IMG/VR virus record: IMGVR_UViG_3300032319_000282
Coordinates: 1-29,329 of that record
Length of the DNA: 29,329 bases
DNA from: a virus
Lineage: Duplodnaviria; Caudoviricetes
Direction: 5' to 3' (one strand)
Position numbers and translations under genes: made by a program. Shown piece after piece: positions 1 through 9,454 of this stretch. The notes under the pieces were generated by a model, which saw only the letters and a program-made list of their open reading frames with translations, did no database searches and had not been told where the DNA came from. Each line of letters opens with the position of its first letter. Within the stretch, counting starts at the first letter, position 1.

Positions 1-3000
1 GATTGAGCAAAAAGATATCCTCTTGAATTATATTCGTTTGGTAATAATGAACCGGCTCTAGGATAATCACTAGTTAATCTATCTAACGATTGATACTTTT
101 GAGCGTAAAATCCATTAACAGGTGGTGTTGTCACCCAATCATTAGTTTGTTTTCCAAAAAGTGTATATCCTCCGGTTTGAACTTTCCATTTATAATTTGG
201 AACTATTTGTGATTTATTAGGTATATAATCATAAACAAAAGAATTTGTATTTGTGTTATATCTTATTATTCTCATTGGGGATATAAAATCCCTAACTTGC
301 ATATCTTCAGTTGTTGATTCGAAAAAAATACCCATCATTATATTATTAGCACCGAATCCCGCCGCGATTAATGCAGGATTAGTTCCCGTACTATCATAAT
401 AATCGGAATCAAAAGGTATCACACCTATTTGACTATTAATTGCAGAAGATTGAGCAAAATCGGCATCAACTCTATATCCTTTAGAACCACCACGACTAAA
501 AAGTTTTTTAATCATATCTGTACTCAATAATGAACGCCAAAAATTAGTATCTATCACTCTAATAATTGAAAAAAAGTTTATCATATCAGATAAATCAGTA
601 TATGATGTTTGAGATATTTTTTTCATATTATACCCATAATAATTAGGACTCAAAATTATTTCTTTTAAGAATTCATCTCTAGGTCCTAAATTCATTATTG
701 TTGTGGGAGTTTTTATATCAAAATAATTAGCACCTCTATCAGTGTCGCCATTAGACTGAGCACCAACAAATCTATAAGAACTTAAAAATTTTTCAGCCGG
801 AGATGAACGATAATAAAAATTATTTGTTTCATATTGTAACATAACAGTTTCAAAAGGAAACTTACGTTTATAAACTTGATTTAATTTATTATAATACGTA
901 TCAACCTTAAAAGGAAACGCATATAAATTACCATTAACCCAATTATTAACAAAAACATTAGATAAAACACCTTGACACAAGGCATAGAAAAATCTAAATC
1001 TTAAAACATATTCAGACCATCTTGTAATATCATTATCCGATTTCGGGTTAAATAACCCTTTTAAGGGTTCTCTAACAAACACATAACATCCATTTTCAAC
1101 CGCATCGGTATTTGTACAATTACTACTGACACCAAAATTTATACCATTTCCTGAATAGCAATTAAACTGAACCATTCCCGCACAATCAAAAGTATTCAAT
1201 ACCGTTCCATAAAATGCGTTGTTCCCCGATAAAAAATCACCCGTATTATACTGAGGAGAACTAATTCCTCCACCAACCGTCAAAACACCACTATCGGTAA
1301 AGATATACATATTTTGTTTGGGGTTTTGATTCATCATTGCAACATTATTATAATTAGTATACGCAGTACTACCTGTTGAAAATAATAACAATCCATCCGA
1401 TGACGGTAATCTATCGGACCTCATAACAATATTATTTTTATCCGACATGTTTGTCGTATATCCAGTTGGATATATAAAACTAAAATAAAGTTCTTGTGGT
1501 GTAGTTTGATTAATACCATTACCAGGGGCGCCATAACAACCATCCCCCACGCCAGCAATTCCAGGTTTTGTCATATACATAAAAGTACCTCCAACTAAAG
1601 AATCTTGTGTAGAATATTTTTGAGGAATATTAGTATTTGAAAACAAATAATTATTCGAATTAGAAGTAATATCTTTAGAACTATTATTATTGTTATTTAA
1701 GATAACTTTTCCACTAATACTTGTATTTCCCGCATTTGTTGGGTCAATCACATAATTTAATGTTGTGGTATCTAAAGCTGAGTAATATCGTGTTAAATTT
1801 GTTGTATATCCTGAATACTGATTACTTGGTGTAAAAAAATATGATGGATTCCAAAGTTTTTGCCCATTATTAACCGTTAAATTATCATTTGCCAATCTAT
1901 GGATATAACATAATTCATTACCAATCGAACCACCAATGGTTGGGTCAATATTTCTAATAGGTATATTTAATCTAAGTGAAGTATTTACTTGAACACCATT
2001 TATATTACTAAACCCTAAAAGTTTTCCCAACCCTACTTTTGTTGGATATTTTGGTGAATATGGGTCAACACCTCTTTGAGCAATATATATTATCGAATTA
2101 TTATCAATATAATCTATATTTTTAGTAAGGTGTGAGCAACTAAATAATTGATATCTATCAATAACATATTGAATACAATAATCGGTTTGGTACCAAGTTC
2201 TTTTTATTATATTAGTTTTACTTTCAATTATATCAGCCAAAGTGTTCGGTAATGGGGTTGAAGCTTGTAGATTTCTAAACTGCGTAATTGTCATTCCAGT
2301 CACAACTTGGAAATATTCTATATCACTAGAATATTGATAAGTTTTTTCGTCGGTGCTAGCACTAGCCGTTAGAGCATACGTTACAGGCGCCTCATTACCA
2401 ATTCTAGTATTTGTTTTACCATAAATTATTGTTACCGAAGTTTTACCTGTATCTGTCGTACCTGTAATTGATTTAGTACCAAAACTATTTAGAGTACCTC
2501 CTGTTATATTAGGGTCTTTAGAATTTTTTGGACCAACAAAACTAAACATAGAGCCAGCACCTAAATCCCCATATGTACCTGCCTGCCCAATAAACACAAT
2601 GACATTATCTAAATGTTGTTTATTACTATTTGTAGGTATATTTGGTTCTATTTGTAGTGATATTTGATTAGTTCCATTATAGTAATTCGCTTTAGTATTA
2701 AACTGATTTAATCTCTCACCAAATGGCATATTATCAGTATATAATGTAGAATAATAATCACTTCCAATAATTTCAAAGTAAGTATATAACTGAACCCCAT
2801 AGTTTGAGTTATATTTTTTTAGATTGCCAGATAGTAATTGAAGAACTAATATATAATCATAATCTTTATAAAAACACCCATTACCACCAGTACGTTCTTG
2901 ATGTAATTGTGGAAAATCATCGGTAAATTTAACTTCTAAAACATCTGAGTATACTCCTAAATTAGCAAAATTGACCAATAAACCACTATTACTACCTGCG

Positions 3001-4952
3001 TTTGCGGTTGAAGATTGTGCCGACGATAACGTGCTACCCCCATTATCATCACCACTACAATCACAAACATCACAATCAGGATATGTTATCATCGGTAATT
3101 TTAGTGGTGGAAAATCATAATCTATTAATCTTGCAAAAACAATTATAAGGGCAATTGCAATTCCTAACCATAAAAGTAACATTACTGAATAGTATATTAC
3201 ACCCGCAACCCAAACTGTCGCACCAAAACCTATTGATGGTGTTGCCGCCGCAATTATACCTAATGTCGATTGAACTATATTATATCCCGCCCATAATTCT
3301 AAAAAAATAAAGAAAAATACTTTTAACCAACTTTTCCAAAGATAAGCTATTAAACTATATAAAATTATTAAAGGTAATCCAATAATACCCAAAATAATCA
3401 ATAAAAAATTAAAAACTCTCCATATTAAACTAGTATGAAAAACCCCATCATTTACGGGATACCTATTAGCAACATCTTCGCAGGTATCGTCGTCAATTCT
3501 TTTAATACCAATAAATTTTTCTTTATTATTTGCGATTTTATAATTATCAATAAATGAAGATACTGTATAAACCTTGTTGTATTCGAACTCATAAAAATAA
3601 TCTTCACAATTTATTATGTCTTGAATATCAGGATTAGTAATACTTACACTACCATTAGTATACGCTGACCAATCTAAACTAAATGCATACGATTTCTGAA
3701 AATCTAACCAATCAGGGTCAGTTTCGTAATTCGGATTAACAAATTGAATAACCGTTGGGTCAAACCCTCCATTCCATCCTCGTTCCTTAACATTAGGTAC
3801 TAAATAATATCCTCTTTTATAATCTTCGGATACACTAGTACTTTGTTGCCATTTAATCTTAAATCTATATTTTGCCTTTGTTGGAACTCCTACCGAAGGG
3901 TCATTAGATAAAACCTGTTGTCCAAATTCATTTGTAAACACATAATCCTGATTCATCGGTAAATCAAATAACCAAGCCCCCGCAGAATCTATTAATTTAC
4001 CACCATTTGGTAAATCAGCTCTTTCAATTATAGGTAATCCATTAGAATCTCTATAAATTGATTGTGTTAGTCCAATGATTTCACCAGGACCCGTAATTAA
4101 CTTACATAAATCACCCGTTGATTTTTGAGCAATACCGTTTGACTTTACTGCCGACTTTTCATTAGAACTCATTAAAGACCCCATGAAAATTGAGGTGGGT
4201 TGTATATCAATATTTGCTTCACTTGTTAAATCGAAATCACTTCTTGTAATCCCAATTTGACACACATCTTTTTCACCCCAAAATGGGACAATCTCAATTG
4301 TTTTATTAATTACAATAATTTGTGGTAATTGATTAAAATTTGATGATGATTTGAACTTCACTCCATCAAATTGTTCTTCGGTTGCAACACCCATCCTTAC
4401 TAAATCTTGAGGTGTTAATGAAAATTCACCAATATCTGATAAATCAACATTCATCACAATTGTTTGAGTTCCAACAGGAACACCAAAAATTAAAAAGTCA
4501 CCACTGTCGTTAGTTGTTACAGTATATTTATAATACTTGTCATATAATTCTACAACAGTTTGATTTACTAAGGCATCTAATCTTGTTGGAAAGGTACCTG
4601 TTGGTACGTGATTAGTATATGATGGAACATATGGTAATAAATTATATCTATAACCATCTTCATTAGTTTGTTCTAAATTCTTATAAGGATATATAGAAGA
4701 GATTACAGGATTATCCTCATCTTCGGGCTTAATTGGAATAAAAATTGAAAGTTTGGCATTTGGAATACCGTACCCGTTATTTGCAAAAACTCTTCCCGCA
4801 ATAACTCCATAATCAGAACACATTCTAGTGTAAACATCTGATTGTCTTATTTTTAAAGACAGAACTTCTAATTGCTCAAAATCTTGTTCTACTTTAATAA
4901 CAATATTTTTGTCATCTCCAGGAGTTGTCCTTATTCTATACGATTGACCCAT
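1..4952 (-). CDS. Large putative virion/baseplate-associated protein (>1650 aa, C-terminus beyond the left edge), with an N-terminal carboxypeptidase-regulatory/prealbumin-like fold and an internal multi-TM segment
   Basis: Not in the ORF track, consistent with no stop inside the window. ATG at 4952 reads MGQSYRIRTTPGDDKNIVIKVEQDFEQLEVLSLKIRQSDVYTRMCSDYGVIAGRVFANNGYGIPNAKLSIF...TVTTNDSGDFLIFGVPVG, and the same frame is still open at the edge (...NSRGYLFAQ). Hydrophobic run at about 3130-3430. TATTTATA box 13 nt upstream. Lies directly after the baseplate wedge gene. Confidence 0.8.
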   Translation of the reverse strand, partial: MGQSYRIRTTPGDDKNIVIKVEQDFEQLEVLSLKIRQSDVYTRMCSDYGVIAGRVFANNGYGIPNAKLSIFIPIKPEDEDNPVISSIYPYKNLEQTNEDGYRYNLLPYVPSYTNHVPTGTFPTRLDALVNQTVVELYDKYYKYTVTTNDSGDFLIFGVPVGTQTIVMNVDLSDIGEFSLTPQDLVRMGVATEEQFDGVKFKSSSNFNQLPQIIVINKTIEIVPFWGEKDVCQIGITRSDFDLTSEANIDIQPTSIFMGSLMSSNEKSAVKSNGIAQKSTGDLCKLITGPGEIIGLTQSIYRDSNGLPIIERADLPNGGKLIDSAGAWLFDLPMNQDYVFTNEFGQQVLSNDPSVGVPTKAKYRFKIKWQQSTSVSEDYKRGYYLVPNVKERGWNGGFDPTVIQFVNPNYETDPDWLDFQKSYAFSLDWSAYTNGSVSITNPDIQDIINCEDYFYEFEYNKVYTVSSFIDNYKIANNKEKFIGIKRIDDDTCEDVANRYPVNDGVFHTSLIWRVFNFLLIILGIIGLPLIILYSLIAYLWKSWLKVFFFIFLELWAGYNIVQSTLGIIAAATPSIGFGATVWVAGVIYYSVMLLLWLGIAIALIIVFARLIDYDFPPLKLPMITYPDCDVCDCSGDDNGGSTLSSAQSSTANAGSNSGLLVNFANLGVYSDVLEVKFTDDFPQLHQERTGGNGCFYKDYDYILVLQLLSGNLKKYNSNYGVQLYTYFEIIGSDYYSTLYTDNMPFGERLNQFNTKANYYNGTNQISLQIEPNIPTNSNKQHLDNVIVFIGQAGTYGDLGAGSMFSFVGPKNSKDPNITGGTLNSFGTKSITGTTDTGKTSVTIIYGKTNTRIGNEAPVTYALTASASTDEKTYQYSSDIEYFQVVTGMTITQFRNLQASTPLPNTLADIIESKTNIIKRTWYQTDYCIQYVIDRYQLFSCSHLTKNIDYIDNNSIIYIAQRGVDPYSPKYPTKVGLGKLLGFSNINGVQVNTSLRLNIPIRNIDPTIGGSIGNELCYIHRLANDNLTVNNGQKLWNPSYFFTPSNQYSGYTTNLTRYYSALDTTTLNYVIDPTNAGNTSISGKVILNNNNNSSKDITSNSNNYLFSNTNIPQKYSTQDSLVGGTFMYMTKPGIAGVGDGCYGAPGNGINQTTPQELYFSFIYPTGYTTNMSDKNNIVMRSDRLPSSDGLLLFSTGSTAYTNYNNVAMMNQNPKQNMYIFTDSGVLTVGGGISSPQYNTGDFLSGNNAFYGTVLNTFDCAGMVQFNCYSGNGINFGVSSNCTNTDAVENGCYVFVREPLKGLFNPKSDNDITRWSEYVLRFRFFYALCQGVLSNVFVNNWVNGNLYAFPFKVDTYYNKLNQVYKRKFPFETVMLQYETNNFYYRSSPAEKFLSSYRFVGAQSNGDTDRGANYFDIKTPTTIMNLGPRDEFLKEIILSPNYYGYNMKKISQTSYTDLSDMINFFSIIRVIDTNFWRSLLSTDMIKKLFSRGGSKGYRVDADFAQSSAINSQIGVIPFDSDYYDSTGTNPALIAAGFGANNIMMGIFFESTTEDMQVRDFISPMRIIRYNTNTNSFVYDYIPNKSQIVPNYKWKVQTGGYTLFGKQTNDWVTTPPVNGFYAQKYQSLDRLTSDYPRAGSLLPNEYNSRGYLFAQ

Positions 4953-4965
4953 TAATAACCTTTAT

Positions 4966-4973
4966 TATAAATA
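4966..4973 (-). promoter_or_regulatory. TATTTATA box, putative phage late promoter
   Basis: Minus strand reads cTATTTATAataaaggttattaATG; the same box precedes six other genes. Confidence 0.6.
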
Positions 4974-5047
4974 GTTGATGGGGTATTTTTCCTAAATAAA
5001 AAATACACTCCTTATAAACATATCTTGTTTATTAAATAAATAAATTA

Positions 5048-6889
5048 TTAACTAATACTTACTGATTGGAGATTCTTGACTTTAACCCTAATATCTTTAT
5101 TAGCAAATCGTATTTGATATATTTGATTCGGCATTGCGAATATAGTACCATCTACCACGCCGATTTCTTTTGTGGTAGAATCAATATAAGACATGGATGT
5201 TTGAGATGATGAGTATTGTCCACCAACTTTGTTAAAAATTTGTAAACTCGTTACGGATATAACACCATTTTGTGATTGTAATATTCTATTAAGTTCTGAA
5301 ACATTAACGTTTTGACCTAATTGTCTTGTTGCGGGATTAAAATAAGTTGATATTTGATTTATAATTGAGGAGACGACAACTCCCTGATTTTGACTTGCGT
5401 CCAAAACTACGGATAAATCAACTCCCAAATCAATAACTTCAGCACTTTCTACCGAAATATAATCATTCAACATTCTATAATTAGACAAATACTCCGCAAT
5501 ATTACTTAGTAAAGTGTTAGAAACAATTGCGGTTAATGAGCCATTAGCATCATATGATAAAATTTTAACTTTAACTTTGTTGTCTTCTTCTAAAATCGCT
5601 ACCTTAGCTGGTGCCCCAAAATTTGATGGCATTTTTCTAATTAAAGCTTCATAATCATTTACTGTAACCGCTCTATTCTGAGATGCGAAATTAAATGAAA
5701 TAAAATTTCTGACTTCTTCTAATGTTGGTAGACCGGAACCCCCAATAGCCGCAGTAACGTTATTACATCTTAAAGAAGTTATTACTGATGTGTTAGTTTC
5801 CTCTGAAGGACCATTTACAAAGAAATAAACAGTACCTATTTGATTAATAACATTAACCCCAAGATTAGTTCCTAAACCACCACCAATTCTATATTGGACA
5901 AACAATGTTGTATTAGGTTTTAGTGCACTACCCAAAGAAAAATTATTCAGATATGTTTGTACGCTTTGAACATTAATTCCTGTTCTAGCAAATTCTCTTA
6001 ACTGGTCTTCTGCCGATGTGTTACCGCCACCAAAAGTCATTTTCATAAATCCTTCAGGAGTATATTCGGTCATAAATCTATTATCAGTTGATATATAGGT
6101 ACCAACTTTAATTCCAGGTCTATCTGTAGGTTTTGTTGGGTCTTCAACAAAAACTCTATCTTGAGCTAACGCCTCCACTTCATACCATTTTCCATTGGTG
6201 GTTAAAAATTCTTGTACTGTAGGTACATTAGAATAGTTTGTACCATCTTTTTGAATTACAGATGTTACTCCCAATATATTTTTTTCGGGTAAAAATAATT
6301 CATAAAAAGGTTTAACATCTCCAGGTGTTATTGTTTGCTTAAACACTTTTGTAATACCGTTAACAACTATTTCTCGTTTTGTTATAGTATAGTTTACCAA
6401 TGTATTATTACCGTTTGTATTAGGACGAATTGTTCTGTTTGGAAAACCGTCAGAATTGAAGGGTGTAGTAAAATCAATATCATTAACAGTTTCAAATACT
6501 TGTCCCGCACCAATAACTTGACTCCCCTTTCTTAACAAACCCAAATATCTTTCATCAGGTTTGTCTCCATTAGCAGGAACTGTAATTGAAAAATCAACTA
6601 AAGCAACTGAAGGTCTTTGTCCTGGTAATTTCAATCCATAGGTTCTGGCAATATTATATATTGACGATTTTTGTTGTGCGTATTGTAAGACAGTTTCTTG
6701 AATACTCCTATCAATATGATAATGTAAATTATCAGATACCGCAGCATTCAAATCCAAGAACATTGAAAATACTGACGCATCGTTAAAATTATCAATTAAA
6801 TCAGGATAATACGTTTTAACAAAATTTATTAATTCTGTTCTTATTGATTGGAAATCCCTTACGGTATACGATATTCTTTTTTCTGCCAT
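5048..6889 (-). CDS. Baseplate wedge subunit (T4 gp6 / baseplate J-like)
   Basis: N-terminal YTVRDFQSIRTELINFVKTYYP..FNDAS and C-terminal QNRAVTVNDYEALI motifs typical of gp6/J-family wedge proteins; directly follows a gp25-like gene. Confidence 0.88.
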   Translation of the reverse strand: MAEKRISYTVRDFQSIRTELINFVKTYYPDLIDNFNDASVFSMFLDLNAAVSDNLHYHIDRSIQETVLQYAQQKSSIYNIARTYGLKLPGQRPSVALVDFSITVPANGDKPDERYLGLLRKGSQVIGAGQVFETVNDIDFTTPFNSDGFPNRTIRPNTNGNNTLVNYTITKREIVVNGITKVFKQTITPGDVKPFYELFLPEKNILGVTSVIQKDGTNYSNVPTVQEFLTTNGKWYEVEALAQDRVFVEDPTKPTDRPGIKVGTYISTDNRFMTEYTPEGFMKMTFGGGNTSAEDQLREFARTGINVQSVQTYLNNFSLGSALKPNTTLFVQYRIGGGLGTNLGVNVINQIGTVYFFVNGPSEETNTSVITSLRCNNVTAAIGGSGLPTLEEVRNFISFNFASQNRAVTVNDYEALIRKMPSNFGAPAKVAILEEDNKVKVKILSYDANGSLTAIVSNTLLSNIAEYLSNYRMLNDYISVESAEVIDLGVDLSVVLDASQNQGVVVSSIINQISTYFNPATRQLGQNVNVSELNRILQSQNGVISVTSLQIFNKVGGQYSSSQTSMSYIDSTTKEIGVVDGTIFAMPNQIYQIRFANKDIRVKVKNLQSVSIS

Positions 6890-6895
6890 ATAATA

Positions 6896-7357
6896 TTAAA
6901 TATTAAGTATTACGAAATCTTTAGAGCCAAAGACATCATCAGTTATTGCATAATCAATTCTAACTTTTGCGGTGTATGGTTGAGTGGTTGAGCTAGGTAC
7001 ATTAAACTCGTAATCAGTAACATTCCCCGCAGTTGTAACTACAATAGATTCTTCTTCATCTGATGCGGCTTTTATAGAAATATTAGTTATCTTAAGTTGT
7101 GGCATATATTTTTCACAAGCTTCTCTAATATCCGCCTCAATATTATTAAAGGTTGGACTATCCATTGGTTCAAAAATATATTCATATAATCTTGTTCCAA
7201 AATCAGGTAAAAAATATCTCGAACCTTTTCTTGTTAATAGTAAATGAATTAAATCAGTTCTAATCTCATCATTAGCAGTTTGAGTTAATTTTAGATACTT
7301 TCCCTGTTCCGAAATATTGAAAGGAAAGGCAATCCCGTATGTTTTACCATTTGACAT
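6896..7357 (-). CDS. Baseplate wedge / sheath initiator, gp25 (GPW_gp25) family
   Basis: GIAFPF...IRTDLIHLLLTRKGSRYFLPDFGTRLYEYIFEP is the gp25/W signature. Confidence 0.92.
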   Translation of the reverse strand: MSNGKTYGIAFPFNISEQGKYLKLTQTANDEIRTDLIHLLLTRKGSRYFLPDFGTRLYEYIFEPMDSPTFNNIEADIREACEKYMPQLKITNISIKAASDEEESIVVTTAGNVTDYEFNVPSSTTQPYTAKVRIDYAITDDVFGSKDFVILNI

Positions 7358-7361
7358 ACAA

Positions 7362-7368
7362 ATAAATA
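7362..7368 (-). promoter_or_regulatory. TATTTAT box, putative late promoter for the gp25-gp6 unit
   Basis: Occupies most of the 11-nt spacer: TAA-TATTTAT-ttgt-ATG. Confidence 0.5.
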
Positions 7369-7569
7369 TTATGTATTAGTTTTTTTTATATTAGTCACCC
7401 CTTTTTCATGTTTTGGTTCATAGGGACAATTCAGACATTTGTTTCCACAACAATGTCCTCTACTTAAATGATAGTCCTCAGTAAAAACTAATAAACCCTT
7501 TTCATTAAAATAATAATAAGAAGGGAGAAGTTTATCCTTCTCCCTAATTTTTTGTTCTATGTTTTCCAT
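7369..7569 (-). CDS. Small Cys-rich protein, DUF5522-like (66 aa; start revised from 7614 to ATG 7569)
   Basis: YYFNEKGLLVFTEDYHLSRGHCCGNKCLNCPY matches the DUF5522-type CCGxxCxxCPY motif. ATG at 7569 lies 1 nt after the nrdJ stop, whereas the track's start overlaps nrdJ. Confidence 0.75.
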   Translation of the reverse strand: MENIEQKIREKDKLLPSYYYFNEKGLLVFTEDYHLSRGHCCGNKCLNCPYEPKHEKGVTNIKKTNT

Positions 7570-7570
7570 A

Positions 7571-9439
7571 TTATTTAACCTCACATCCTGTCGCCCCACA
7601 AGCGATTTCACCACTTAAATCAGTATTATCTTGTAATTCCACAACTTTACTCAAATCAATAGAATGAAGTTTAGAGAACAATCTGTCAAACTCTTCTTTA
7701 GTACAATCCTCGAAAGGTGCTTGAATATAACTTCCTCCGTCATATGGTAATACTGAAAGACCGTTATAAAAATCACGATTCTCCCACATCCATTCTCCGG
7801 CTAATTCCCAATCTTCAGATTTCAAACTTACAGTTGCGGATACGTTATGGGTATTTGACCCACTTCTGTGTCCAGGTCTAACCCACTCTTGAGTAATCTT
7901 TTTGATTCTATCAAGAAGTTGGAATGGACTTTCAGTTCTCAAAATAGCCCCTTCTGGTGCCTTTTGTGGTACTGAGATAACCGCCGTGTCGTGTGGACGG
8001 AAATATTCATCCTCAACAAGTTCAGGGTGATTTTGTAATAAATAAGAATAAATTGCTTCATTCTTACCTACACGAACTCTTCTAACGTAGTAGTCATTGT
8101 GCCAAGCGTGAATACCACTTGATGTTCCTAATGTCAATGATGTTGTTCCTGCCGGTTTAACAGTTGTTGTTCTTGCAGATTTGTTAATCCCGATAAGTTC
8201 TGCAACTCTCGAGTTTTCTTCTTTAACAAGATTTGCCGCTTCTTTCATATCATATCCAAGAACTACACCTGAACCAATACCTGTCATAGATACCCCGATA
8301 AGGGCTTCTTTCTCAGTTGTTCTTTTCCAAACATCACGAAGATAATGGAAGTCAGTATAACCCGCTTGTAATGTTCCGATGAACGCAGCTGCTTTAACAC
8401 GGTTGTTCAAATCTTCTTGTGATTCTATGTCAGATACATTTACCTCACAAAGATTACAGAATTGATTTGGACGAAGTGCAATCTCACAACAAGGATTGGT
8501 ACCCCAATCTTTATCATTTGTAAAATAGATTCCTGGTTCACCTGCTCCTGAAGCCTCAACTCTTTTCCATAAGTCCATAAAGAACTCCTTGGTAATTTTG
8601 TGTCTTACAAGTGCCGCCGAGTTATTTGCTCTTCCTCTTTGTGGGTTATTCTCCCACCATGCACCCGCTTTACAAGCAATCATTTCGTGGTCATCAGCAC
8701 TGAATAGGGATATGAGTGCCGCTCTCCGGATTCCTCCGGCAAGGACGGCGTCAGCGATATGACAAACCATATCATGAACCTCAATGGTACTTAATTTATC
8801 ACCATCTTCTCTTGCTTCCAACATTCCTTGTAGTTTGTGAAGACAATCTTTAAGTGGTTGAGGACCCGGTGCTTTACCACCTGATGTCACCAATTGAGCA
8901 CCTTTTGGTCTGATGTCTGAGAAATCAAACTCAGGCATTGATAATTGTTCTCCGAAATAAGATTTGAACAATACTTTGATTGCGTCAGCCCATCCTTCAA
9001 TAGAATCTCCAATTAAGAATCTTCTTTTTCTGTTTGAGTTTGGTTTTCTAATTTCAGGTAATTTATCAACATGATGTTTTTGTACTGAGTACCCAACACC
9101 TGTTCCACCCAAAAGTAGAAACATAGCTTCCGCAAATGCATCCAAATGGTCAATAGGTAAATAAGCACAATTATAAATTCTGTTTGGAGAAATTTCAATT
9201 GGTTTTCCACCGAATTGCATTGACCTCATTGAGGGTAATACTTTTTTATCATACACATACTTGTATACCTCAACAATCTCACTTTCGAGTTTTGGGTATT
9301 TTTTAATATGCATATTCATGTTTCTGGTTACTAATTCTTCCCACGTTTCTCTTCTATCGAGTTCAGGTAAAAATTTGGCGTATTTCATATACACCGTAAT
9401 GTCAGACAATATCTTCTGAGATGCGTCCATTTTATTCAT
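7571..9439 (-). CDS. nrdJ: Class II (adenosylcobalamin-dependent) ribonucleotide reductase, monomeric RTPR type
   Basis: RRETWEE, PSMRSM, YNCAY, GGIRRAALI, GEPG, catalytic TNPCCEI, CNL, TTVKPAGT, and C-terminal redox pair CGATGC. No adjacent NrdB. Confidence 0.93.
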   Translation of the reverse strand: MNKMDASQKILSDITVYMKYAKFLPELDRRETWEELVTRNMNMHIKKYPKLESEIVEVYKYVYDKKVLPSMRSMQFGGKPIEISPNRIYNCAYLPIDHLDAFAEAMFLLLGGTGVGYSVQKHHVDKLPEIRKPNSNRKRRFLIGDSIEGWADAIKVLFKSYFGEQLSMPEFDFSDIRPKGAQLVTSGGKAPGPQPLKDCLHKLQGMLEAREDGDKLSTIEVHDMVCHIADAVLAGGIRRAALISLFSADDHEMIACKAGAWWENNPQRGRANNSAALVRHKITKEFFMDLWKRVEASGAGEPGIYFTNDKDWGTNPCCEIALRPNQFCNLCEVNVSDIESQEDLNNRVKAAAFIGTLQAGYTDFHYLRDVWKRTTEKEALIGVSMTGIGSGVVLGYDMKEAANLVKEENSRVAELIGINKSARTTTVKPAGTTSLTLGTSSGIHAWHNDYYVRRVRVGKNEAIYSYLLQNHPELVEDEYFRPHDTAVISVPQKAPEGAILRTESPFQLLDRIKKITQEWVRPGHRSGSNTHNVSATVSLKSEDWELAGEWMWENRDFYNGLSVLPYDGGSYIQAPFEDCTKEEFDRLFSKLHSIDLSKVVELQDNTDLSGEIACGATGCEVK

Positions 9440-9454
9440 TTTTCTTTTTTTAGT

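Noticed and set aside
7570-7614. Track start of the 81-aa ORF
   Set aside because: Overlaps the nrdJ 3' end; ATG 7569 right after the stop is more plausible.
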